Shown here: piece by piece, positions 34,679 through 46,182 of the stretch
Layout: every line of letters begins with the position of its first letter
How positions within the stretch are numbered: position 1 is the stretch's first letter
Origin: Marsupella aquatica
Lineage: Eukaryota > Plantae > Marchantiophyta
DNA length: 64,000 nucleotides
Direction of reading: 5' to 3'
Assembly (NCBI GenBank): GCA_973895155.1
Contig: OZ316894.1
Coordinates: forward strand, 9,709,440-9,773,439
Notes under the pieces: model-generated
What the model was told of the DNA's origin: nothing
Databases searched by the model: none
The model's input: the letters and a program-made list of their open reading frames with translations, nothing else
Program-made: the position numbers and the translations under genes

Positions 34679-37600
34679 CTAATGGTCCACACCAAGGGTC
34701 AAAACTAGATCAGCAAGTGGGATTGGAACATCCTCGAGGGGAGCTAGCCGCTGCGGAGGCACACTAGCACCCACTGTAAGAGATCGACGATAGATGGCCC
34801 GAGCTTGAGCACGCTGTAAGGTGACTGAAATGCGTTGGCAAAAGTGCGTGGTCAAAACAGAAAGCGGGGGCCCGGTGGGACCCAATCGGCCATGAACATC
34901 CCGAGCAGCTTGCCGAAGAAGCCCATCAAACTGAGGATGAAGATGCCCAAATAGCTCCAGAGCAAGGGGGAGGAAGCTGTCGGATGAAGCTCGTGCAGCA
35001 TATTTGGCCTCCTTCGTTGTTGCCACACGTGACGCTGCTGCCCCTGCCGTTGTTGCCGCTGTCCCAATGATGTCTTGGCGCAATGGGTTTGCCACCACTA
35101 CATCTGCCAAAGTATGTTGACCCTCATGGACCATGGTAAGATCACCCGTAACCGCTGTGATGGAGGACCAGGTAACTCGAGTACCACCTCCCGCCGCACG
35201 CATACCAAAGAGCCAGAGAGAACCTGAGCGGTTGCATCTCGCACAGCATCATGAACAATAATGGTTTCACCTCCCAAGCTGCACCGAAGAAGATGGACAC
35301 CTGTGGCATCACAAGGCTTCCCACAAGTGCAAGAAGAAGGTAAACCTGCAAGAAGTGGGTGGGGCAGCCCCATACGAAGACGCATGGCTGTGGAGAACTC
35401 TGTGGAAGACATCCGCAAATGAGGAATGACTGGATTGGCCTGAAGCCATCCTCCTGCGCCCTTCCCTCCGGAAGAAAGAATCCGAGCTCGGTCCGTGTCA
35501 GGTGCCTTGGAGAGGATGCTGGAAAGGGTAAAAGCGTGCATACGCCCAGCGAGGTCTGCCTGAAGACGGACGGGATCCAAGGATAAAAACTCCTGAAAAG
35601 AAGGTAACGCAGCGCGAACGGGATCTGGTAATGATGACCGTGCTGCGCGCAAATGAACCTGAAAGGGGGGGGGAACCCTCCTCTACCTCCATGAGAGATG
35701 AAAGTAAAAAAGGGCGATCCTCAATAAGGGAACTATCGGCCAACAAGGAGAAGGCGGCCGCCCACACACCCAAAAAGGCCAAAGGTGCAAGGCTCTCAAT
35801 GGAAGGGTGGCCTGAAGCCATCCTCCTGCGCCCTTCCCTCCGGAAGAAAGAATGCGAGCTCGGTCCGTGTCAGGTGCCTCGGAGAGGATGCTGGAAAGGG
35901 TAAAAGCGTGCATACGCCCAGCGAGGTCTGCTTGAAGACGGACGGGATCCAAGGATAAAAACTCCTGAAAAGAAGGTAACGCAGCGCGAACGGGATCTGG
36001 TAATGATGACCGTGCTGCGCGCAAATGAACCTGAAACGGGAGGGAACCCTCCTCTACCTCCATGAGAGATGAAAGTAAAAAAGGGCGATCCTCAATAAGG
36101 AAACGATCGGCCAACAAGGAGAAGGCGGCCGCCCACGCACCCAAAAAGGCCAAAGGTGCAAGGCTCTCAATGGAAGTAAGCCCAAAACCACCCTGCGAAA
36201 TAGGAAGACCTAGTTGTCGATGAAGCCACGGAGATGAGAGCAACGTTCCCGGCCCTAAAAGAGAGGCCAGAGTTTCACGAATGGATACATCAAATGCTCG
36301 AAGGTGGAGACAAAGATCCTTGGTAGGGGGATGCGTCCTAGCCAGATAAGACGCACGAGGGTGAATGCACCTCAACAACATCCCAAATGCTGCGTGAGAA
36401 TCTGCTAACTTAGGGAGCATAGGAGTAGGGGCTAAGGCAGCCTGTAGAGAGTCAGCGATGAAAGATGAGCAAAAAGAGGCGCAACCGACTGGGGAGCCAA
36501 GGACCTGAAGACCATCGACTGGACGTAAGAACCCTGGGGGAAGCGCAAGATCAGAGGGTAAACCAGCTGGACTCCATGCACGACTCTTCGCAGGTTAAAC
36601 TCGTAAACCGAGACCCATCAAATGGGTGGAAAGAGTGGCGAGGGCAGAAGTAACCACGGCAGGAGGACCAATGATGTGGGTGTCATCTGAAAGGGAGGGG
36701 AAGATACACTGGGGGTGGGCCATGGCGGCTTCCCGTAAAGCTGAAAAATGGGCAATGGCAAAAAGAGGCCCACCCAAAGGGTCACCCTGACGTGTACCTT
36801 CTGCAGAAGAAAGAGTGGTATACACTCCTGTAGAGGAGTGATGACTATAGAAGAGTGGGGCCTCGAGTCCATAAAAACAACGAACAAAGGGGATCAGGGA
36901 CTGGATATCTGGATCCGCCGCCCTCAAAGCACGAAAAATGGCTGCCCGAGAAACTGTATTAAAAGCGTTAGAGACATCAACTTGGAGGACAACCCAATCA
37001 GGGTGGAGGTCCAAGGTAGCTCGAATACCCGCAATAACTGTCTCACAACCGCCAGGAACGCCCACTGCAAACTGATGTGGAGAGAGATGATCCGATAGTG
37101 CAGAGCGAAACTGTGAGGAAAGTGTGCGAGACACAAGGCGAAGAAAAACCTCCCCAATAGCAATTGGCCGAACACCCGGTGAAGACTTAGCCATGGCCAA
37201 TAAACGAGAAGCACTCAAGAGCCGAGAGACGGGAGGAGGCAAACGACCGGCTGCAATACACTGGCAAAAGGAGAAGAAAACTGGAAAACCAAACTGAGGA
37301 TCCTCAGGGGGAAATAAATCACGAAAATGCTCAAAGACATAGCCAGAGGGGCCACCAGCAGCGCAACGCGGGGCATGGAGGAAGGCATAGGTGAAGTGGT
37401 CCCTACTAAACTGAAGATCCTCCTCAGGCTTAAAATCCTCTACGAACAAAGGGAGCTGATCATGGGGCTGCGGATGGAGATCATGAAGGGCCGACGAGGT
37501 GACCTCGCCAGGGGGTGCTGGTGTGGTGGGAGAAAGGGCCTGGACAGCCCGACGATATTCACCAGCCTGGGCCAAACGACAAGAGCGACGCAGACGTCTA

Positions 37601-38445
37601 TGCTCAGGGGGATGAGAGTGGCGGGCTGGGTCAGACAAAGCACGAGCGGTAAAAGACCGGGCGCGAAGAAAGTACTCTTCTTGAAGCTGCTCCCAATCTC
37701 CCCGCAAAAAACGATGGATACGAGAGGCAGTCTCACGGTGACCCACACGACCACCATGACTAGGGAGGGTAAGAGTCCACTGTGGAAAAAGCATCAATAA
37801 AGACCAATAGGAGACCTCCATAGGATGCGCCAAGATAAGCTGCATGAGTTGCAACAAGGAGGACCGAACTAAAGGGCGCAGTGCCAAAGGAATGTGGTTA
37901 TAGAGGCGAGGTCTAATGTACCCTGGATGGTAGGCTGGAAGGGGGTCTAGAGTGCGAACCCAACTCCATGCCTGCTCGGGAGCCTCCAAGGAGGGAGGGG
38001 CAGAGCTAACAGGGTCAATAGGGGGCTGAGGCTGGGATTGTGCTTGCTGGCGACGATGGCACCGGCCCCGCCCGCGATGATGAGGGAGGGAGAGGCCAAC
38101 CCATCCACAGTCAGGACAAGTATGTAGGGGACGCTCGTCCGGGGAGGGAGCAGGGAAAGACTGGACCGGAGGTGGGGGTGGAACAGATGTGGACGAGGAG
38201 GCCGGAGGAGGATGGTGAGTGGGTGGAGGGGGAATGGGGTGCAGAGAGGAGCCAGGGCGACGATGGGGTGGGCAGTAGACGGGGGGGATTGGGAGAGCAT
38301 CGGGCATGGGGTCATCTCGAAGATGAGAGAGATCCAGTGAAGAAGAGCAAACACGAAGACGGCCACGAGGGGGAGGGGAGGACGGGGGAGAAGTGTGTGG
38401 TGGGGCTGGGCGCTTGCCCCGTGCCAACACTCTCAACGCAGACAT
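34679..38445 (-). pseudogene. CRE-type RT-RLE polyprotein (disrupted)
   Basis: N-terminal CPDC..HH finger. RT motifs AAGGPSG, VRPIAIGEVFLRL, QFAVGVPGGCE, VDVSNAFNTVSR, GTRQGDPLG and SLSDD. CCHC motif CTCG..HLLRC then HDAVRD. RLE motifs GDL..LADVVV..KEAKY..FLPLALELFG and QRISVTLQR. Lesions are a TAA at 36597-36595, an internal 372-bp duplication, and a 1-bp deletion at ~35146. Confidence 0.9.
35436..36176. repeat. Near-identical internal tandem duplication within the CRE ORF (period 372 bp)
   Basis: tggcctgaagccatcc...ggctctcaatggaag occurs at 35436-35805 and 35808-36176. Confidence 0.97.
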
Positions 38446-38769
38446 GACAGGCCACAACCCGATAAAAGCAAAAACGCATCAGGAAGCGACAAAAGGCCCA
38501 ACCGAGGCATGTGAAAAGAAAGGGGAGGCGATGGAGAGAGCCCACCGCATGAGGCCGAGAAACGGCGCCACCGCGAGTCTAGGAGATCGTTGAGCTGGTG
38601 CAGGAACAGTAGGGAACAAAACTGAAACGCCCGTCGATCTGTCCGCTGGGGAGTCGACGAGAGTGAAGATCTGTCCTTTGGATTGAGCGTGCGGCTACAG
38701 CTCCCGAAGGCGACAACCAATTGGAGGAGAAGCGATGGCCTAAAGCCGATGTGACTCGCTCAAACGTTG

Positions 38770-39390
38770 ACCCAAGTCGAGTCGTGAAAACGCCAAAATC
38801 GCCAAATGCGCAGCCAATGTGACAAAACGACGAAATCTAAATCTGATGTAACTTGCTCAAGTGGTGATCGTTTGGGGCGCAATTCATATCGATCTTCACC
38901 GCCTCGCCAAGATCTTTCCAAAGACGTCAAGAACTCCCAGATCCGAAACTCCTTGAGAAAGTTACGACCCAAATTGAGTCGCGAAATCGCCAAAATCGTC
39001 AATCGCGCAGAAAAAGTGAAAAAATGGCGAAACCTAAATCCGAGGTAACTCGCTCATACAGTGATCGTTTGGGGCGCAAGTCGTATCGATCTTCACTGTG
39101 TCGCCAAGATCTTTCCAAAGCCGTCAAGAACACCCAAATACGAAATTTCTGTAGAAAGTTATGACCCAAATTGAGTCGCGAAATCGTCGAAATCGCCAAA
39201 CGCGCAGAAAAAGTGAAAAACGGCGAAAATGAAATCTGATGTAACTCGCTCATACGGTGACCGTTTGGGGTGTAATTCAGACCGATCTTCACCGCCTCGC
39301 CATGATCTTTTCAAATCAGTAAAGAACTCCTAAATCCGAAACTCCTGGAGAAAGTTACGACACAAATCTATTCGCGAAATCTCAAAACTG
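38770..39390. repeat. ~197-bp tandem repeats (about 3 copies) at the 5' end of the CRE element
   Basis: aaatc.ga.gtaact recurs at ~38839, ~39036 and ~39232. gatctttccaaag..gtcaagaac...gaaagtta.gacccaaat is in each unit. Confidence 0.93.
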
Positions 39391-42300
39391 TCCTCCCCAT
39401 CAAACTGAAAAGTCTGGAAAACAGCAGCCACATTTCTCTTCACAGGGATTGAATATTGATGTTCAGCACAGCAGCCACAGTAGAAGATGCAAAGAATTTT
39501 GATGAATAGAAGACACCCTGTGGTGAGCAGGATTGAATCACAATAGGTGATGCATCCTCGACTTTAGAAAACCATCAGAGAAAACTTCGATTGGTTAGAT
39601 CTTGCATACCAAGTGTCTTTAGAAGTGTGTACAACCTTTTCATAAGTCCCTATCCAGGGGATTCTCTGTTGCAATTTCAAGGCAAAAGTACTTTATTGGA
39701 TTGGAATCGTGTCTTTAATTGGGTCCTTTATTTGGGTTGGAATCGTGCCTGTTATTGGCTTGGAATCCAGTCTCTTATTGGTGCCTGGGTCTCTTCGCTT
39801 TTGGAATCTTCAGGTTTGGAGCTTTTGTTCTTTTGCGTGCACTGTCATATAATATATAGAAGATAGATAGATAGATGCCCTTGGGTTGGATGACTGGAGA
39901 AGAGAGCTCCACTCCCGATCACGCTATTCCATTCCTGCGAGCGTTGGTCTTCGAGCTGGGGTGTGGCGGACCATTCCACACGCCATCAGGTCGACCCAAG
40001 CTTCGTGCCTGCATTTAATTTTGTCCGTCGTTGTTTAGTTTCTGTCCTTCACCCGGCAGACCAGACTTCGCTGTTCAGAACTTGAAGTTTACTCAAAGAC
40101 ACGACTCCACCATCCTCTCTTCCCACTTTGAGCAAGTCAAATCCGAATTCTGTAAAGCAGATCGAAGCCGGAGTGGAATCGAAGAGTGTATCACGTAAAT
40201 TCATTGTTTGGATTGAAATGATATCTTTCGATGTTAGACTTCAATTTGCTTTTGTCACCTAGTGTTCGAGTTCCATTTTCAACCTGGCAGATTTCTGGAT
40301 ATTCGAGAGCTTGAACCCACTATTCAGAGAGGAAGACGGCAATCTTGAAGACCTCAGAACCGAGGAGCTGCTCGCAAATGAACTTAGAATGGATGGCGGT
40401 CGACTTCAGCATGGATGAAGGCAGGGAACATTTTATTGTTCAATGCAGATTGCAATCTCGTATTACTTCTACTAACATAGATTGATGATGTTGTGGACGG
40501 CTCTATCCAAATTCCTCTTTATCCCTCCCAAGCTGGTGACGGAGGATAACAGCGGTAAACTCCTCACGTATAATACAAGCTGCCCGTTGCGTCCTGGAGC
40601 CGAATGGTTTTTGACTGCAAATTTGAGTTTTAATTCAGTGCCACTGAATTTTCCAATTTTTTCTCGTTTCCAGCATCTGTGAATTGCTGCTCAAATTAAA
40701 ATGTAGGAGAAGTCTGTCTCTGTTTTGAAGGGTACAACCCACTCGATGCGATTATAACTCACCACCCTGGCACCAAGGTTTGGGCGGCCATCAAAGAACG
40801 ACGTGTCTCTGTGGATCCGTTTCTTTTTTCAGAGTTTTGCAGCTCACGACAAGTGCACTCTGCCCTCCCGGAGTGACATGGGATAGCTTGGATTGTACTG
40901 TGTACGTTTTAGAAGTGTTCTTCTTTTGCCGGGTGGCTTTGTCTGCTGTCGGTGATCTAGCTGAGTGCTGAGCGATATTGTTGTTCATTCAAGATGCGAA
41001 GCTTTTTATGGCTGGTAATTTGCATTTTGGATGGGCTGTATTAATCTAAATTAATAATTTGGAGCGGGAAAATTTTGGAAACAGATGTCCAGATTTTTAC
41101 CATATCTTTCGGAGAGAGACCCTATCAAGAGAAATAAAATACTAATGAGGCAAACGCAGACGTCAAAGGTTCCTGCAGTGTTGCAATACTGACATGGTTA
41201 GCACCTACAAGAGAACCACTCAAAGAGAATACCGACGCACTCTGGAGAGTTGCCAAACTGCAATTGGGTTTTAATTCGTCTCTGGATGCTTTGGGCTGGG
41301 CTCCTCCCTTCGTATCGACTCATGCCGGCTTTACTCTCCTTGGCTGGGTTGACCCACGACAGACAAAGCATTCTTTCAAGGAGTCCCAATGGAATGTAGA
41401 AGAATTGAACGAGCTCCAAACCAGCATTGAATGAGAAGTTATGGTAGTGCATTGGGTTTGGAAAACTTGCTACTTGAGGTTGACCCCGGAATTCTCTTTA
41501 CTGGGGTATACCCGATGATTCGTCCTGATATGAATTCGTGATTGTCAGTAAACAACAGCCAACTTCTCGTTATGACAGCAAAGAGCTACTGTAGGTCTTT
41601 ATTGACAGTGATATCATCCAACACAAGCCAGGTATCCGCAATGTAGCCTTTAGGCTTCAGTTTTTGAGTTAATTTATTGAGCTTAGCATACATCGCTTTC
41701 GCTTCTGGGTCTTTCTGCTTCTGCATACTGCGTGTAATTATTCCCTGGCCTATTAGTGCCATCGAGCTTGTTATCGAGTCGAATCGAAGGCAAGGAATGC
41801 AATCGCAATGTAGTCTTCAGCCTTCAGATTTTCTTCTCTTCCTTTGGAATGCTCTCATTATCAGTGAACTGTGAAGCAAATAAGAGCAAATACAGAACTC
41901 TTTCAAAACATGACAGGAAGTTCCATTTGAATCAGAAATAACTGCCCCCATGGTGGTAGCGTTGCAGAGCTTAAAACAGCGAAGATAGGGTCAACAGAAG
42001 GTCGTAAACCAGCTCCGTGGGTTCTCAGCCTCCTTTCAGACTTTCCTCCTCACTATAAAGAGTCAAAAGGAAATCACAACCTTTATTATCATCCAGAATA
42101 AACAAGGCGCCCCCCTGAGAGGAGGAGGGGGAAAAGACCAAATGAACCAAAAGAAGGGGGGCTAGGAGAGGGAGCACCCCAGAGAGAAGAGTGAGGGCCA
42201 AACCAATCCAGTCCGCCTAGTGGGAGGAGGCAGAGCAGATAGGAGAGGATGACCCACAAAGTGGATGTCCGCCACCATAACTGATCCTAGTGGGTGAGAG

Positions 42301-45300
42301 AGTAGCAATAGGAAGGAGCAACAAGGGTTGCAACCATAGCCAGTAATCCTGCTAGAAACAGCTGAAGCTACCCACTATCCCCATTCTCCAAAGGCTGCCA
42401 AGCCGAAACTGCCACCCACATACTCCGCATCCAAAGGACATCCACAAATCCAGACCAGAAGAAAGCTCAGAGCAGAGCGTCGGGCCTTCCAGGGCCCATA
42501 CTTTCCCTATATTGCAAGAGAGATCATCCTGCCTGTGTCTCCTACCATTGCAACCTCCGCACCTCGGGGATGAAGAGTGAGATAGGTCTGATATATCAAA
42601 CAGTGCTTGTGCACCTGGATCTGGGGAAGGGCTATGGGCAAGATGGAGAACCCACTGCAAAAGAAGAATGGAATTGTTCTTATTCATATGTACTGATGAG
42701 CTGCATCCTGGAGAGGAAATGATGCCAAAGGGACCAGGTCCAAGAGTGAACATTGACATTTCAGATTAAAAATTTGAGTCAGTTATTCAAGAATTCTTAG
42801 GGATTTTATTTACACAAAAATGATACATCACGTGCAATAAAGGATAAGGTCATTCTATTGGTTTAAAAAGAAGACTTAAAGAATTTTTGCAGAAGAACAA
42901 TAAAAAAATTTAAATCCAATGTTGAGACTTATACGAATAATAGGGTCCTTCGACCCAAATTTTTAAAATATTTTAATTTTATAGGGGTTGGTAAAAGAAT
43001 TTTTTTCTTACATTTTAGGGGGTCCGAGACCTAAAAAAAATTGCAGGTGATGGGAGGCCTCCATATGGTGAGACCCAGAGCAAGAACTATGATGACCTTG
43101 AGCTTGGCAGGTAACTTTTATGTTTCATAATTTTAGGAATATGACAGAGCACTAAGGTTAAGGTTGCATAGTGTGGGCATTGGTTAACGTTGTGCAGCCT
43201 TTGCACTACAGCACTATAGGACCTGCCAAGGTCACTGCTGAAGACCCATTTCGTGAGTGATGCTTTGCATGGGACAACGTGTCGCAAGGGCTAAGTAAAC
43301 AGTACCACCTGCATTATTTTGTGGAACGTGCTTGTACCTCACACTGTACTTTTGGGGTGTTTTTTTTAGTGAAAAAGGGGGTTCAGTACTAAAGTGGATG
43401 GGGTCGACAGACAGTATGACTTTATTTTGGGGAATTTTTAATTCTATCTCTCTTACTGTTTGCACTGAGGATATGCGCAGTAGATTACTACAGTACTCCC
43501 TCCGTATTTTGCAGAGAAAGGACAATAAGAAAGAAAAATATTTACCCAAATAGTACCCAGATGTGTAGGAGAGCAAAAAGTGTAAAAGAGAGGACCCAAA
43601 AACAAAACATAACAAATAAAAAAACCAGTGGAAAGAGAACTAATTAAGAACTGCTTACGTACAATAGATATAAAACAATAAATAAAATCCAAAGATTCTG
43701 CTAAATCAAAGGTATTGTGTAACAGTCAACATCCAATTTGCATGGGGTACATATATATTTTCCAGCTGTGCAAGTCTCACGCGGTGCATTGCGACCTACC
43801 GGGTCATTGTAGCATGCAAGGAAACAGTAAAAAAATTCCTGGTACAAGCAAAATCTTTTCTCACATGACCCCTAATTTTTCTATATCCAATTGCCTCACC
43901 AACAACAACTTTGGTTGATAACATATATTTTTGGGACTCCTCTTTTTGCTAGTGACCTTGCTAGCCATCTGGAGTCATGGAAAAACACAAAATATATAAA
44001 AGGCAGCAAAAAGTTGGTTGCTTCCAAGCTCAAGGCATCCAAAGGGAAAAAGGGGGGGGGGGGGGGGAAGGGGGCTTGAGAGACATGTGGTTACACATGA
44101 GTGATTTCTCAACTAGTGGATCCCTTGCAAAGGGGGCGACAAAGGCTACAGGGTAAATCTTTCCCTTGCAGAAGGGGCTGTGCGCAACATTAATGCTCCA
44201 CATTTTCAGGAAATGTACTGCAAATGAATGTGCTTGGTCAAGCATGAGCACACACAAGACAACATGGTTTGAAGTGTTTTTAAAAGAGAAAGGCCCACAA
44301 ATTCTGTAGGGAGGGTGGGAGTATGTGTGGGGTGAGCCAAGTGCCATATTGCACATGAAATATTTTTGTGCCATTAAACCAAAGTTACTATGGATGAAAT
44401 TCCCATGCCATAAAAAGGAAAAACCCACAAACGGATGAATTTCCCCTAAGAATCTAAAGACATTATTAGATATAATTCATTAGACATAATTTCTTACTTT
44501 GTTTCAAGACAAAGCAAGGCAACTCCTGAGAGAAAGAGGGCAGTGCAATGCAAGACATAGGGCGTGTCAAAGAAAGGCTTTGCTCGAAGAATAACTTCAA
44601 CTACATCCTTGATAGTATCAAAACTTACCCTGAACTTTCAATATCGATTCAGGTCATTTAAATTAGCTCTCAAGTGACATCAAAGCTAAGCATACCGTGG
44701 TGCTTGGGGACAGGTACCAAATTCATATGCTTGATACAATGGTCTAGGAGGTTCCTGGCACTGTGCACAAACCAAAACAATTTGTGTGGTACAATATTTG
44801 AGTGTTTCCTTGCACTGTGCATGAACCGAGCTATTCTGCCGGCAAAGTATGCAAAATTGATCAAACACAGTCCCTTTGTACTTGAGTATTCCAAAATGGA
44901 CACTGCCCAAGTGAAATAGGAATATGCAATTCCCTACTCACTGCCACCGGATCACAGACATTGTCGTATTATTTACTAGAATACCCATTCAATTCTTGAA
45001 TTGGGCAATCATGTAGGGCTATCAGCATTCTCACTATTGGCATCCACTCATATTCCGTTTTGAGAGGCTCTGAAGGACAGGGCATTTTTGTCCATGTTAT
45101 CGATCCCTATGCAAACTCCAATGCAAATGAGCATTTAAAAAACAATGTTTGTGACCCAGGGGCAGTAGCTAGTGAAAGGTATATGCCCAATACCATTCCA
45201 CAGAACTAACTGGATATCCGTATCAAAGCGAGGGAATGAGAATCGAATAAACATCACACCTGGATGACCAGGAATTTACTAATTCTAAACTCGTGCTCGG

Positions 45301-46182
45301 GAGGTATCGGCGGCATACCTCGTACAAGACATGGGGAAAGACAAAAGTGATTTGAAGAGGTATCACAAACATCGGAGATTGGACAGGAATCACAAATATC
45401 GGCTTTACCACACGCACTTGCATTGGATTTTGCGTTGTTGCGCAGTCTCCAAGCATTAAGATAAGCTATCATCTATTCGGAAGGACTTTACAATAAAGTC
45501 ATCATGAACCTTCCACGTCTAGGCTGATTTTTCTACTCCTGAAGCCAAAATGTACATTAGGATTTTCTCAACCTCTAGTAAGCTGAACGTCTGAGCAACT
45601 CCTGGAGGCTGAGAAAATAAAATTTTGCAGTACAAAGACAACTTCGAGACTGGTATAGGAGAATAGAAATACTCATACACGAATCAAGCTTTCTGCTATT
45701 GACACCCAGAAACGTGGACCACTAAAAGTGGACGACAGCAACAAATAACTGGTCGGATCGATGGAGACTAGTACATGTCGTGATAACACTAGAACACGAG
45801 CAGATCCTACTGTGCATGTAAAGACATTCTTGTATACAATGAGTATATATATATTCGTAGAGGCTGCAGCATGTAATTAGTAAACAGAAACTCGACAGCT
45901 TTCACAAACCACAACGAATTTTCATCATTAAAATTTGCGAACATATCGGTGACTTGGTTCACTGTCATTTTGCACTGAACACGTGGAGGGGCAGCTTAAG
46001 CCTCTAATGAATTGAGAAGCTAATGCCTGAACGGTATGAACACTAACTACAAATTTGCTATTCTGAATAGGAATCTGTACAAAAATATACAACATAAGAT
46101 GAATATTTTAACAGTCCCAAACCAGAAATGTCATTTCTTCGACAATTTCTGGCTGAGAGAGCTGCCCATAGCAGAAAGGCAA

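Larger units (their letters stand above)
34417..39390 (-). mobile_element. Near full-length CRE-clade non-LTR retrotransposon (zinc finger - RT - CCHC - restriction-like endonuclease), inactivated
   Basis: AATAAA (34433-34428) and an A6 tail (34422-34417) lie on the minus strand. A single long, disrupted ORF spans 38445..34679. The 5' region carries ~197-bp tandem repeats. No TSD was found. Confidence 0.88.

Noticed and set aside
39891-39915. miR156/529/319-like sequence (tgactggagaagagagctcc)
   Set aside because: It does not match the conserved mature sequences, and no convincing foldback partner was seen.
41170-41436. ~85-codon stop-free plus-strand frame (WLAPTREPLKEN...QTSIE)
   Set aside because: There is no recognisable motif and no supported start or splice partner.
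42075-42760. Possible 3' fragment of a second non-LTR element on the minus strand (AATAAA plus pyrimidine-rich UTR)
   Set aside because: The resemblance is compositional only. No poly(A), TSD or diagnostic residues were found.
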